The notes: generated by a model not told the origin, from the letters alone. Counted from the stretch's first letter, positions 1 through 10,293 are shown. The stretch: 64,000 bases of DNA from Thermoanaerobaculia bacterium (GCA_963666565.1 OY762911.1:4096001-4160000); one strand, 5' to 3'. Numbers and translations: made by a program.

Positions 1-1
1 C

Positions 2-943
2 CATTCGACCTGGGCCGCCGGACTGATCGCCGCGGTCGTCATCGCGCTGCTGATCACGGGCTCCTACAAGATCCTGGAGAACGTGATGCTGGCCCTCGTG
101 ATGACCTTCACCGCGGCCACCCTGGTGTGCGCCTTCCTGATGCAGAACACCCAGTACGCGGTCAGCGGCGCCGACCTGATGTCCGGCTTCACGTTCAGCT
201 TCCCGCCCGAGTATCTGGTGGCGGCGATCGCGGTGTACGGCTACACCGGCGTCAATGCCTCGGAGACCTCGGCCTACCAGTACTGGTGCGTCGAGAAGGG
301 GTACCCGAACTTCATCGGCAGGAGCGACGCACCGGGCTGGGAGGCCCGCGCCCGCGGCTGGATCAAGGTGCTCCAGGCCGACGTCTGGGTCACGCTGATC
401 ATCCTGACCTGCGCGACCCTGCCGTTCTACATCCTGGGCGCCGGCGTCCTGCGCGCCCGCGGCAGCGTCCCCGACGGTCTCGAGACGCTTTCCGTGCTGT
501 CCGAGATGTTCACGGAGACGCTCGGCGGGTGGTCCGTATGGCTGTTCGGCATCGGCGCCTTCTGCATCCTGTTCTCGACGATGCTCTCCTCGGTGGCCGG
601 CGCCGCCCGCTACATCCCGGACTACATCATGGAGCTGGGCTACCTGAACCGGCAGAACCTGGTCGCCCGCAGGTCCTGGATCCGCGGCTACTGCGCGACC
701 ATCCCGGTCGTCTCGTTCGCGATCTACCTGTCGATCCAGAATCCGCGGCTGCTGGTGACGATCGGCGCCCTGACCCTCGCCATGCTGCTGCCGATCCAGA
801 GCGGCGCGGTGCTCTGGTTCCAGAAGAACCGGATGGATCCGAGGATTCGCCCCGGCAGGTGGATCCGCCTGGCGATCTGGGTCATCCTGTCGATCGAACT
901 GGTGATGGCCTGGTTCGTGATCCGCTATGTCGTCTTCGGTTGA
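2..943 (+). CDS. Nramp-family divalent metal/solute transporter, 5' truncated by window edge
   Basis: Frame open from base 2 (HSTWAAGLIAAVV...). Many TM helices; GYTGVNASE, YQYWCVEKGY and FYILGAGVL motifs resemble Nramp-like permeases. Confidence 0.7.
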   Translation, partial: HSTWAAGLIAAVVIALLITGSYKILENVMLALVMTFTAATLVCAFLMQNTQYAVSGADLMSGFTFSFPPEYLVAAIAVYGYTGVNASETSAYQYWCVEKGYPNFIGRSDAPGWEARARGWIKVLQADVWVTLIILTCATLPFYILGAGVLRARGSVPDGLETLSVLSEMFTETLGGWSVWLFGIGAFCILFSTMLSSVAGAARYIPDYIMELGYLNRQNLVARRSWIRGYCATIPVVSFAIYLSIQNPRLLVTIGALTLAMLLPIQSGAVLWFQKNRMDPRIRPGRWIRLAIWVILSIELVMAWFVIRYVVFG

Positions 944-1019
944 TCTGGTTTCGCGCCAGGACGGAGGTCGACAGGATGCCCGCGATACCGGCTCAACGCC
1001 GTTGCAGAGGAGTTCGACG

Positions 1020-2672
1020 ATGAAACGACGACCCGTTCCGACGCACCGCCCGGCATGCTGGCTCCCCGCCGTTGCCCTCGTCCTGAGTGCCTGCGGTGCG
1101 CCGCCGCCGGAAGCGACGCCCGAACCCGCCGTCCACGCCATCGGCGAGAGCGCCAGCTTCCGCGGCATCAACGGCATCCTGTTCGGGCCCGACGGCGACC
1201 TCTACCTGACTTCGGTCGTGACTCCGGCCGTGGCGCGGATCGACCCGGAAAGCGGCGAGATCCTCGACAACTGGGGGCTTGACGACGGCGCCCAGTCGCC
1301 CGACGACCTGGCCTTCGGGCCGGACGGCTCGGTGTACTGGACCGACATCAGCAACGGCGACGTCAGCATGCGGACGCCGGAGGGCGAGACGCGCGTCGTC
1401 GCCTCGCCGGGCGTCGGCGTCAACCCGATCACCTTCTCGGACGACGGACGGCTGTTCGTCTCCCAGTGCTTCATGGACACGAACCTGTTCGAGCTCGACC
1501 CTGCCGGGGAGGCCGAGCCCCGCGTCATTCGAGACGATCTCGGGCCTGGCTGCGGCCTGAACGGCATGGACTGGGGGTCGGCCGACGGCCGGCTCTACGG
1601 CCCGCGCTGGTTCCGCGGCGAGGTCGTGCGCGTCGACGTGGACAGCGGCGAGATGGAGACGGTGGCCAGCGGCTTCGAGGTGCCGGCGGCCGTCAAGTTC
1701 AACGGCGAGGGCGTGCTCCACGTGCTCGACTCGCTGCGGGGCGAGGTCGTCCGCGTGGGCGAGGACGGCGGCAAGGAGGTCGTGGCCCGCGTTCAGCCCG
1801 GGCTCGACAACTTCGCCTTCGACGCGGACGACCGGCTCTTCATCTCGAGCTTCGCCGACGGCTTCATCGTCGAGGCGCTATCGCCGGACGAGAACCGGGT
1901 CGTGCTCGCGGGCGGACTGAACATGCCCGGCGGCCTGGCGCTCATCGGCGGCGACGATGGCGCCCGGTTGGTCGTCGCGGACTTCTTCGCCCTGCGGCAA
2001 CTCGACCCGGCGACCGGCGAGGAACTCGACGTGGTGCGCGACGTGATCGGCTTCTCCGACATCGGCACCTCGATGTCGGTCCACGCCGCGGACAACGGTC
2101 TCCTGGTGCTTTCGAGCTGGTTCGACAACGCCGTGCGGCTCTGGGATCCGGCGGCCGACGCGCTCGTCCAGATCTTCGGCGAACTGGCCGCCCCGATCGA
2201 CGCGATCCAGCACGAAGGCGACATCGTCGCCAGCCAGTGGGGCGCCGGCAACGTGATCGCGTTCTCTCCCGAGAATCCGGACGAGAAGCGGGTGCTGGCC
2301 GAAGGGCTGGAAGGTGCCGCCGGCCTCACCGCGGCGAACGGCGCGCTCTACGTCTCCGACAACCTGGCCGGCGCCGTGCTCCGCATTGGCGACGACGGCG
2401 CCGAGACGGTCGCCGAGGGCCTCGACCAGCCGGAAGGGCTCGCCGCGGCCAACGGCTCGATCTACGTCGTCGAAGCCGGCGCCGGCCGCGTGGTGGCCGT
2501 GGATCCGTCAAGCGGCGAGACGCGGGTCGTCGCCGAAGACCTCGACCTGCACGTCCCGCCCAGCGGCGCCTTCCCGAACACCATGCTCTTCAACGGCATC
2601 GCCACCGACGGCCTGACCGCCTGGGTCGCCGGCGACGCCGCGAACACCGTCTACGTCATCGACCTGAACTAG
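1020..2672 (+). CDS. Beta-propeller lipoprotein (SMP-30/gluconolactonase/NHL-like repeats)
   Basis: GAGGAG RBS before ATG 1020; lipobox LSAC; repeated FGPDG-LY / P-GLA propeller blades. Confidence 0.7.
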   Translation: MKRRPVPTHRPACWLPAVALVLSACGAPPPEATPEPAVHAIGESASFRGINGILFGPDGDLYLTSVVTPAVARIDPESGEILDNWGLDDGAQSPDDLAFGPDGSVYWTDISNGDVSMRTPEGETRVVASPGVGVNPITFSDDGRLFVSQCFMDTNLFELDPAGEAEPRVIRDDLGPGCGLNGMDWGSADGRLYGPRWFRGEVVRVDVDSGEMETVASGFEVPAAVKFNGEGVLHVLDSLRGEVVRVGEDGGKEVVARVQPGLDNFAFDADDRLFISSFADGFIVEALSPDENRVVLAGGLNMPGGLALIGGDDGARLVVADFFALRQLDPATGEELDVVRDVIGFSDIGTSMSVHAADNGLLVLSSWFDNAVRLWDPAADALVQIFGELAAPIDAIQHEGDIVASQWGAGNVIAFSPENPDEKRVLAEGLEGAAGLTAANGALYVSDNLAGAVLRIGDDGAETVAEGLDQPEGLAAANGSIYVVEAGAGRVVAVDPSSGETRVVAEDLDLHVPPSGAFPNTMLFNGIATDGLTAWVAGDAANTVYVIDLN

Positions 2673-2675
2673 GCC

Positions 2676-2812
2676 GGGTGCGCGGGTCTTCCGACCCGCA
2701 TCGGGCGGCGCCGCGAAGCGGCGGAGCCCGGAGACCAAGGCCGCCGGCCATGGGCCGGCGACGAAGCTGGACGCCGCCTTCGCCGGCAGCGGGTCGGAAG
2801 ACCCGCGCACCC
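2676..2812. repeat. REPIN-like element, family 1: inverted pair of GGGTGCGCGGGTCTTCYGACCCGC with internal hairpins
   Basis: 24-bp terminal inverted repeats between convergent genes; same architecture at 10294-10431 and 35397-35536. Confidence 0.85.
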
Positions 2813-2837
2813 AGTGCGCACCAGCGCCAACCGGGCC

Positions 2838-3347
2838 TCAGTCGCCCAGCCCTTGGTCGCCGTACGTCGTGGCCGGCCCGGTCCCGTCCGGCCCCAGCCG
2901 GCCGCCCTCGCCGAAGTGCCCCTTGCCCGGCACATGGTTCACCTCGACCCGGATGCCATCCGGGTCCTCCACCAGGATCGAGTAGTACCCCGGCGCGAAC
3001 CGGTCGCCCTCCTCCGGCCCATGAACCACCGTGGCGTCCAGTTCGGACACCAGGAACCCGTAGATCGCCTCCACGTCGGCGCGGCTGCGCGCCCGGAAGC
3101 AGAAGTGATGCAGCCCCGGCCGGTCCTGGTCGAACCGGCGGTCCCGCTTCTCCGGCGGCGCCGCCCGCACCAGGATGCCGGTTCGGCTGCCGATGCAGTA
3201 CAGCACGTCTTCGCCCCGGATCAGGGTTTTCATCTCCAGGAAGTTGCACAGCCGCTCCCAGAACGGCAGGCACCGTTCCGGGTCCCGGACCGTCAACTGG
3301 ATGTGCGCGATCCCGTTGACCCCGACGGTGTTGCCGACGCCGGTCAT
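2838..3347 (-). CDS. VOC/glyoxalase family protein
   Basis: GIAHIQLTV, GLHHFCFRA and EDPDGIRVEV metal-binding VOC motifs. Confidence 0.85.
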   Translation of the reverse strand: MTGVGNTVGVNGIAHIQLTVRDPERCLPFWERLCNFLEMKTLIRGEDVLYCIGSRTGILVRAAPPEKRDRRFDQDRPGLHHFCFRARSRADVEAIYGFLVSELDATVVHGPEEGDRFAPGYYSILVEDPDGIRVEVNHVPGKGHFGEGGRLGPDGTGPATTYGDQGLGD

Positions 3348-3365
3348 TCAACATCCACCGTGGCC

Positions 3366-3565
3366 GATTCCGCGACGGCGGCCTCCCACTTGTCCCCCGC
3401 CACCACCCCTCTCGTTGATTCGGAAAACGCTGTCTGCCGAATCCTCGTGGACCCAGCGATTCCGCAGACGCTGTCTGCGGAATTCGTCCGAACGCAGTTG
3501 ACGTCCCTGGGCACACCCCGCCGACGCGCCGAGCCAGAGAATTCCGCGACACCGTCGCGGATTTC
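3366..3565. repeat. Cluster of related palindromes ATTCCGC(A)GAC-N3-GTC(T)GCGGAAT
   Basis: Copies at 3417-3443, 3458-3484, 3539-3565 and a half copy at 3366-3376. Confidence 0.7.
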
Positions 3566-3576
3566 GGCGGCGCCGT

Positions 3577-4908
3577 TCACTCGCCGCCGGTCGGCGGCGA
3601 CTCCGACGCCTCTCCCGGACCGAGTTCGATCAGCTCGAAGATCCCGACCATCATCTCGTCCGTCGACTGAAAGCCGAAGCCGACGTCGCGGGTCGGGTCC
3701 GGGTTCCCGGGGTTCGCGGCCGAGTTGTCGTAGTGCGCCACGACCTCGACCACGGTCCCCGCCGGCAGCACGCTGGGCGCTTCCGGGTAGTAGAAGAGCT
3801 GCCAGTCGAAGTCGTACTCCGGCACGTCGAGAAGGACCTCGCGGCCGCCGTCCGGGTGGAGGGCGGTGAACGACATCGACGTGCCGCGCATGTGCATGTG
3901 CGGGAAGTAGGACACGATCCGCGAGTCCGCGCCGAGTTCGTGGCGGGCCACGATCCGGTGGTTCGGGGCGCCCGCCGGGATGGTGAAGTCCATCCTGCTG
4001 GCGAGGATCGCCTCCACCTCGACCTCCAGCGGGCCCTCGCCGAAGTAGAGGCCGATCCGGGTCGTGTCGGTCCGTTCCGATTCACCGTTCGGGTGGTAAT
4101 GCTGGTTGATCACCAGCATGTCGCCGGGGTTCACCCAGCGCCCGGCGCCGTCCGGGAAGACGGTGGGCGCGGCCCCCACCGCCCAGATCCCGAGGATTCT
4201 CAGACCGACGCCGCCGGCGTTCCCGCCCGGCTGGCCTCCGCCCTGCCGCTCTTGCCCGGCGCCGCCGCCCAGGCTGCCGAATCCGCCCATGAAGGCGACC
4301 TGATGATGGTTCACCGTGCGGTCGCCGGGCTGGAACTCCACCGCCCGCAGCCAGCGGCGCTCCGGGATGTCCAGGCGCACGATCGGATTGGGCGCCATGT
4401 CCGGCCCGGTCGCCGGCACGGTCACGGGGGGCAGTTCGATCACGTAGTCCGGCTCGCCCACCTGCCAGCCGTTCCTGAAGCGTGGCGGCTCGGGCATGAG
4501 CGCCGGATCGCCGGCCTCGGCGCCGCCATCGACCCAGGCGACGATCGTCTCGATCTCCTCACGGCTCAGCCGGGCGTCGTTCGCCCAGGCGCCGTGCTCG
4601 GGATTCGCGAACCACGGCGGCATCTCCCCGCTGGCGACCACGCGCCGGATCGAGCGCGCCCAGGGCCGCGCCTCCTGGTACGTGAGCAGCGACATCGGCG
4701 CGACCTCGCCCGGCCGGTGGCAGCCGACGCAGTGGCGCATGAGGATCGGCGCCACGTCGCGGCTGAAGACCGGCGCGCCGGCGTCGCCGTCTTCGGCAGC
4801 GGCGGCGGGCAGGCCGAGGCCCGCCGCGGAACAGGACACCGCCAGAGCCGTCGCCGCAATCCGGGCGACTCGGCGGCGACGCGGAACGGTCGGAAACGAG
4901 CGCATCAT
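3577..4908 (-). CDS. Secreted cytochrome c + copper type II monooxygenase-like (PHM/DBH fold) protein
   Basis: Signal peptide; CVGCH heme motif with MPPW; HH, HYH, HMH and DEMM copper-ligand motifs; GGAGGGG RBS before ATG 4908. Confidence 0.7.
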   Translation of the reverse strand: MMRSFPTVPRRRRVARIAATALAVSCSAAGLGLPAAAAEDGDAGAPVFSRDVAPILMRHCVGCHRPGEVAPMSLLTYQEARPWARSIRRVVASGEMPPWFANPEHGAWANDARLSREEIETIVAWVDGGAEAGDPALMPEPPRFRNGWQVGEPDYVIELPPVTVPATGPDMAPNPIVRLDIPERRWLRAVEFQPGDRTVNHHQVAFMGGFGSLGGGAGQERQGGGQPGGNAGGVGLRILGIWAVGAAPTVFPDGAGRWVNPGDMLVINQHYHPNGESERTDTTRIGLYFGEGPLEVEVEAILASRMDFTIPAGAPNHRIVARHELGADSRIVSYFPHMHMRGTSMSFTALHPDGGREVLLDVPEYDFDWQLFYYPEAPSVLPAGTVVEVVAHYDNSAANPGNPDPTRDVGFGFQSTDEMMVGIFELIELGPGEASESPPTGGE

Positions 4909-4957
4909 GGGAGCCCCTCCTGACCCTCCGAGACTACTCCATGCCCGACTGACCGAA

Positions 4958-5157
4958 CCCGCCCGAGCGGAGCCGGTCTGCAGGCCGGCACGCACTCCTG
5001 GCCGCCTTCGGCGGCAGCGGGTCGGAAGACCCGCGCACCGACACTCCCGCCCGGGCGGAGTCGGCCTGACGGCCGGCACGTACTCCTGGCCGCCTGCGGC
5101 GGCAGCGGGTCGGAAGACCCGCGCACCCAGCGGCGGGTCGGAGGACCCCGCACCGAC
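4958..5157. repeat. Tandem REP modules (two ~88-bp multi-hairpin units plus a degenerate REP)
   Basis: GGAGYCGGYCTG..GGCCGGCACG..GCCGCCTKCGGCGGCAGCGGGTCGGAAGACCCGCGCACC occurs twice. Confidence 0.8.
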
Positions 5158-5248
5158 AGAGCCGTTCCTGCGACAGCGCTGCGAACGCTGCTAGAGTCCG
5201 CGTTCGCGAGAGATCCAGCATTCCCAAACCTCAGGAGACCCAGCGACC

Positions 5249-5857
5249 ATGTACCGACAGACCGCCTGCCGCGTTCTCATCCTCAGTTTCTGCCTCGCCG
5301 CGATCGGCTTTGCGCCCGCCGCCGCCCAGGGCGACCGGCCCGCCAGCCCCGAAGGGTCCGCCTCGACCCAGATCGGCGACGCGTGGATCGACATCACCTA
5401 CAGCCGGCCCATCCTGCGCGGCCGGAACGGCGTCTTCGGTGCCGGCGAAGAGTACGGTCAGGCGGTTCTCGCCGGCGGCCCCGTCTGGCGCGCGGGCGCG
5501 AACGTGACGACCCGGATCAAGACCGAGGCCGACCTGGTCATCGGCGGCACGGCGGTGCCCGCGGGCGAGTACAGCTTCTTCATCGATCTGAAGGAGGGCG
5601 CCTGGACCGCCATCGTCTCCAGGCAGGGCTACATGGAGACCTTCGACCGCGAGAAGATGGCGGAAGGTCTCACCTGGGGCGCTTACGGCTACAACCCGGA
5701 GCACGACGTCGTACGGGCCGGCATGATGACCTCGACCGAGGACTTCTCGATGGACCAGATGACGATCGTGTTCAGCGACGTCTCGGACGCCGGCGGCGCG
5801 ATCGTCGTGATGTGGGACAACCAGATGGGCGTCCTGCCGTTCGGCGTCGCCCCGTAG
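5249..5857 (+). CDS. DUF2911 domain secreted protein
   Basis: AGGAG RBS, signal peptide, ASP..ITYSRP..RGR, WRAGAN, VPAGEYS motifs. Confidence 0.85.
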   Translation: MYRQTACRVLILSFCLAAIGFAPAAAQGDRPASPEGSASTQIGDAWIDITYSRPILRGRNGVFGAGEEYGQAVLAGGPVWRAGANVTTRIKTEADLVIGGTAVPAGEYSFFIDLKEGAWTAIVSRQGYMETFDREKMAEGLTWGAYGYNPEHDVVRAGMMTSTEDFSMDQMTIVFSDVSDAGGAIVVMWDNQMGVLPFGVAP

Positions 5858-5926
5858 CGCCAGCTCTCCGGCAACCTCAGTCCTCAGCGGACTGCCCGGG
5901 CCTCTTCGGCCCGGGCGCCGCGCAGC

Positions 5927-6886
5927 TCAGGCGTCGCACTCCCGGTAAGCGTCGATCACGGCCCGCTCGCCCTCCCGGCCCGGCTCCGAGTTCCCGTGCT
6001 CCATGCCGACGATGCCGTCGAAGCCCTTGCTCTTCAGGTGCCGGAAGACGTTCCGGTAGTTGATCTCGCCGGTCGTCGGCTCCTTGCGCCCCGGGTTGTC
6101 GCCGACCTGGAAGTAGGCGATCTCGTCCCAGGCCCGGTCGATGTTCGGAATCAGGTTCCCCTCGGTGATCTGCTGGTGGTAGAGGTCGTCCAGGATCTTG
6201 ACCGAGGGCGATCCGACCGCCTTGCAGATCTGGTACGCCTGCGGGATGCCGGTCAGGAACACGCCGGGGTGGTTCGTCCAGTGGTTGAGCGGCTCCAGCA
6301 CGGCGATCAGGCCGGCGGGTTCGAGGATCGCCGCGCCCCGCTTCAGGTTCTCGACGACGTTGGCGGTCTGGTACTCCCACTCGAGGCCCGGGTCGAGTTG
6401 GCCCGGGACGACGGTGCACCACGTCGCGTTCACTCTCTTCCCGATCTCGACCGCCTTCCTCATGTCGGCCTCGATCGCCTCGCGGGCCGAGGAGTCGGCG
6501 GACGCGAAACTCACGCCGCCCCAGGAGGTGTGGGCGACGAAGACGCCCATCTCCATGCCGAGCCGGTCGAGCTCGGCCGCGATCTTCTCCTGGAGCGCCG
6601 GCTCGCGGCCGCCCATGCCGTTGTCCTCGAGGGCCCGGAAGCCCTCGTCGTGCATGAAGCGGAGCTGGTCGATGTGATCGGCGCCAGCGTGGTGCCGGAA
6701 CATCCCGAAGTGGGGCGCGTACTTGAGTCCGAATGCGCCTCCGTCAGCAGGCTGGGCGGCCCGCGCCTCGGACGCCCCGGGAATCGCGCCTGCGGCAAGC
6801 GCCGTTGCCGCTGCGGCGCCTCCGGTGAGGAACTGTCGCCGCGGAATCCCGACCGCATCAGGTGAACCGACTGTTGAATCGCGCAT
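5927..6886 (-). CDS. Tat-exported hydroxypyruvate isomerase-family TIM barrel protein
   Basis: C-terminal part of the 789-aa ORF; RRQFL Tat motif; LEPLN, DLYHQQITEGN and GDNPGRKEPTTGEINY motifs. Confidence 0.85.
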   Translation of the reverse strand: MRDSTVGSPDAVGIPRRQFLTGGAAAATALAAGAIPGASEARAAQPADGGAFGLKYAPHFGMFRHHAGADHIDQLRFMHDEGFRALEDNGMGGREPALQEKIAAELDRLGMEMGVFVAHTSWGGVSFASADSSAREAIEADMRKAVEIGKRVNATWCTVVPGQLDPGLEWEYQTANVVENLKRGAAILEPAGLIAVLEPLNHWTNHPGVFLTGIPQAYQICKAVGSPSVKILDDLYHQQITEGNLIPNIDRAWDEIAYFQVGDNPGRKEPTTGEINYRNVFRHLKSKGFDGIVGMEHGNSEPGREGERAVIDAYRECDA

Positions 6887-6919
6887 CGTGGCAGAGTAGC
6901 AGCCGCGAGCACGACCGAC

Positions 6920-9900
6920 ATGAACAGAAAGAGGACCATGAACATCCTGCAAGCCCGAACCATCTGCGGTTTGGCCGCCTTCGCCGCGGCAACCGCCCTT
7001 CACGCGGTCGACGTGACCGACACACGGCTGCTGTCCCAGCCCGCCGTCAGCGCCGACCACGTGGCGTTCGCCTACGCCGGCGACCTGTGGATCGCCGGCC
7101 GCGACGGCTCGGGAGCGCGCCGCCTGACCTCGCACGAAGGGACGGAGACCGGTCCCCGCTTCTCCCCCGACGGCACTCTGGTCGCCTTCAGCGCCGAGTA
7201 CGACGGCAACGTCGACGTCTTCGTCATGCCCGCCGCGGGCGGCGAACCGAAGCGGCTCACCTGGCACCCGGGCGCCGACCTGGTTCAGGGCTTCACCGTC
7301 GACGGTTCGGCCGTGCTGTTCGCCTCCCAGCGCAGCATGTTCACGAACCGCCACTTCCAGCTCTTCACCGTGCCGCTTGACGGCGGGTTGCCCGCGAAAC
7401 TGCCGATCCCGCACGGGTTGCGCGCCAGCTACTCGCCCGACGGCAGCCGCATCGCCTACATCCCGACGCCCGAGCGCTTCGAGCAGTGGAAGAACTACCG
7501 CGGCGGCACGACCTCGCGCATCTGGATCTACGACACCGGCGATCACTCGGTGCAGACGATCCCCCAGCCCGAAGGCCGCTCCAACGACACGGACCCGACC
7601 TGGATCGGCGCCCGGGTCTTCTTCCGTTCCGACCGGGACGGCGAGTTCAACCTCTACTCCTTCGACACGGGCAGCGGCGAGATCGTCCGGCACTCGGATT
7701 TCGAGGACTTCCACGTCGAGGACCTCTCGGGATCCGCCGACACGGTGATCTACGAGCAGGCCGGCTACCTGCACGTCTACGATCCGGCCTCGGACCGCCA
7801 TGAGCGCCTGCGGATCGGCGTCGCGGCCGACCTGACCGAGACCCGGCCCCGCTGGGTCGAGGGGCCGGAGAACATCCGCGGCGCGTCCATCTCGCCGTCC
7901 GGCGCCCGGGCGGTGTTCGACTACCGCGGCGAGATCCTCACGCTGCCGGCCAAGAAGGGCGACGCCCGCAACCTGACCCGGACGCCGGGCGTTCACGAGC
8001 GCGATCCGGCCTGGTCGCCCGACGGCGGAAGCATCGCCTTCTTCTCGGACCAGGGCGGCGAGTACGGGCTCCACGTCCGCGACCAGGAGAGCGGCGACGT
8101 TCGGCGCTACGAGCTGGGCGGCGAACGCGGCGGCAACGGCTTCTACCACTCCCCCGAGTGGTCCCCCGACGGCGAGAGGATCAGCTACGTCGACAACTCG
8201 ATGACGCTGTTCGTCATCGATCTCGACAGCGGCGACGTGGCGAAGGTGGCGAGCGAGTACTACTACGGCCCCTCCTTCCCGCCCCGGCCCGGCCACTCCT
8301 GGGCGCCGGACTCGCGCTACGTCGCCTACACGTTGAACACCCGCTCCTACATGCAGCAGGTCTTCGTCTACGACGTGGAATCAGAGACATCCCACCCCGT
8401 GACCGACGGGCTGAGCGAGGTCGGCGAGCCCGTCTTCGACCGGAGCGGCGACTACCTGTACTTCCGCGCCTCGACCGACGCCGGACCGGTGAAGCACTGG
8501 TTCGCCATGTCGAACGCGGACATGGAACTGTCGAGCGCGATCTACGTCGCGGTACTGCGCCGGGACGGCGAGTCGCCGCTTGCCGCCGAGAGCGACGAGG
8601 AGGCCGTCGAGTCCGATGGCGGAGACGAGGCCGATGGAGGCGACGAGAGCGGCGAGGAAGCCGGCGGCGCCGAGGAAGCGGACGGCGGCGAGGCCGACGG
8701 CGACGGCGACGGCAGCGACGGCGACGAACCGCGAGTCGAGATCGACTTCGAGGGACTGAACCAGCGCATCCTGGCGCTACCGGTCCAGGCCGGCGGCTAC
8801 GGCAACCTGGAAGCCGGCGAAGCGGGCAAGCTCTACTACCTCCGCTCGCAGCCCGCGGGCCGGTTCGGCGGGGACGGCGGCGATCTCGTCCTCTTCAATC
8901 TGGAGGATCGCGAGGAAACGGTGCTGCTCTCCGGCGTCGGCGGATTCTCGCTGAGCGCCGACGGCAAGAAGCTGCTCTACGCCGGCCGGAACGACTTCGG
9001 CATCGCGAACGCCGGCGGCAAGATCGACCGCGGAGAGAGCGCGATCCCGGTCGACAAGCTGACCGTACGCATCGATCCGCGGGCCGAGTGGAAACAGATC
9101 TACGACGAGGTCTGGCGGATCAACCGCGACTACTTCTACGACCCCGGCATGCACGGGGCCGACTGGCCGGCGATGGCCGAGAAGTACAGCGGCTTCCTGG
9201 CCGACGTCGCCACCCGGGCCGACCTGAACAAGGTGCTGCGCTGGATGTGCAGCGAGATCGCCGTGGGCCACCACCGGGTCGGCGGCGGCGACCGGCGGGC
9301 CGACCCGGAACGCGTCGGCGGCGGGCTGCTCGGCGCCGACTTCGAGATCGCGGACGGCCGGTACCGCTTCGCCCACGTCCTGGGCGGCCTGAACTGGAAC
9401 CCGGAACTGCGGGCGCCGCTCACCGAGCCGGGCGTCTCCGTCACGGCCGGCGAGTACCTGCTCGCCGTGAACGGCGTCGACCTCGACGCCTCGGGCAACG
9501 TCTTCGAGCGCTTCGAGAACACCGCCGGCAAGATCACGGACATCACGGTCGGTCCGAACGCGGACGGTTCGGGTTCGCGCACCGTGTCCGTGGTCCCGAT
9601 CCCGAACGAGTCGGCGCTCCGCAACCGCGAGTGGGTCGAGGGCAACCTCGCCAAGGTCGACGAGGCGACCGACGGCCGGGTCGCCTACGTCTACGTGCCG
9701 AACACGACCACCCTCGGCCACACCTACTTCAAGCGCTACTTCTTCCCGCAGGTCCACAAGCAGGCCCTGATCGTCGACGAGCGCTTCAACGGCGGCGGCC
9801 AGGTCGCGGACTACTACATCGACCACCTGCGGCGCCCGTACATCAGCCACTGGGCGACCCGCTACGGCGCGGACTTCCGCACGCCGAGCGCGGCGATCCT

Positions 9901-10279
9901 TGGGCCGAAGGTCATGATCATCGACGAGACGGCCGGCTCCGGCGGCGACCTGCTGCCGTGGATGTTCCGCAAGCTGGGCCTCGGGCCGCTGGTCGGCAAG
10001 CGAACCTGGGGCGGCCTGGTCGGAACGCTCGGTTTCCCGGTGCTCATGGACGGCGGCTTCGTTACCGCCCCGAACCTCGCGATCTGGACCGAGGACGGTT
10101 TCGTCGTCGAGAACGTCGGCGTGCCGCCCGACGTGGACGTCGAGCAGTGGCCCGCCGACATCGTCGCCGGCCGCGACCCGCAGCTCGAGAAGGCGATCGA
10201 GATCGTCCTGGAGCAACTGGAAGCGAACCCGCCCGCCGAACCCGTGAAGCCGCCCTTCCCGATCCGCGTCCGCCGCTAG
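6920..10279 (+). CDS. Tricorn protease homolog (S41 peptidase with PD40 propellers and PDZ); start may be 6938
   Basis: WKNYRGGT, PD40 WSPDG repeats, DERFNGGG, catalytic GSGGD, GKRTWGG. Confidence 0.92.
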   Translation: MNRKRTMNILQARTICGLAAFAAATALHAVDVTDTRLLSQPAVSADHVAFAYAGDLWIAGRDGSGARRLTSHEGTETGPRFSPDGTLVAFSAEYDGNVDVFVMPAAGGEPKRLTWHPGADLVQGFTVDGSAVLFASQRSMFTNRHFQLFTVPLDGGLPAKLPIPHGLRASYSPDGSRIAYIPTPERFEQWKNYRGGTTSRIWIYDTGDHSVQTIPQPEGRSNDTDPTWIGARVFFRSDRDGEFNLYSFDTGSGEIVRHSDFEDFHVEDLSGSADTVIYEQAGYLHVYDPASDRHERLRIGVAADLTETRPRWVEGPENIRGASISPSGARAVFDYRGEILTLPAKKGDARNLTRTPGVHERDPAWSPDGGSIAFFSDQGGEYGLHVRDQESGDVRRYELGGERGGNGFYHSPEWSPDGERISYVDNSMTLFVIDLDSGDVAKVASEYYYGPSFPPRPGHSWAPDSRYVAYTLNTRSYMQQVFVYDVESETSHPVTDGLSEVGEPVFDRSGDYLYFRASTDAGPVKHWFAMSNADMELSSAIYVAVLRRDGESPLAAESDEEAVESDGGDEADGGDESGEEAGGAEEADGGEADGDGDGSDGDEPRVEIDFEGLNQRILALPVQAGGYGNLEAGEAGKLYYLRSQPAGRFGGDGGDLVLFNLEDREETVLLSGVGGFSLSADGKKLLYAGRNDFGIANAGGKIDRGESAIPVDKLTVRIDPRAEWKQIYDEVWRINRDYFYDPGMHGADWPAMAEKYSGFLADVATRADLNKVLRWMCSEIAVGHHRVGGGDRRADPERVGGGLLGADFEIADGRYRFAHVLGGLNWNPELRAPLTEPGVSVTAGEYLLAVNGVDLDASGNVFERFENTAGKITDITVGPNADGSGSRTVSVVPIPNESALRNREWVEGNLAKVDEATDGRVAYVYVPNTTTLGHTYFKRYFFPQVHKQALIVDERFNGGGQVADYYIDHLRRPYISHWATRYGADFRTPSAAILGPKVMIIDETAGSGGDLLPWMFRKLGLGPLVGKRTWGGLVGTLGFPVLMDGGFVTAPNLAIWTEDGFVVENVGVPPDVDVEQWPADIVAGRDPQLEKAIEIVLEQLEANPPAEPVKPPFPIRVRR

Positions 10280-10293
10280 CACCAGTTTCCACT

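Noticed and set aside
3366-3565. Mini-CRISPR, or RiPP precursor beside the Cu monooxygenase
   Set aside because: Repeat spacing is irregular and copies are divergent; the 78-aa ORF has no leader/core pattern and is explained by the palindromes.
8590-8730. Acidic low-complexity stretch in the tricorn protease as a novel insertion
   Set aside because: Bacterial tricorn homologs commonly have a charged low-complexity linker at this position.
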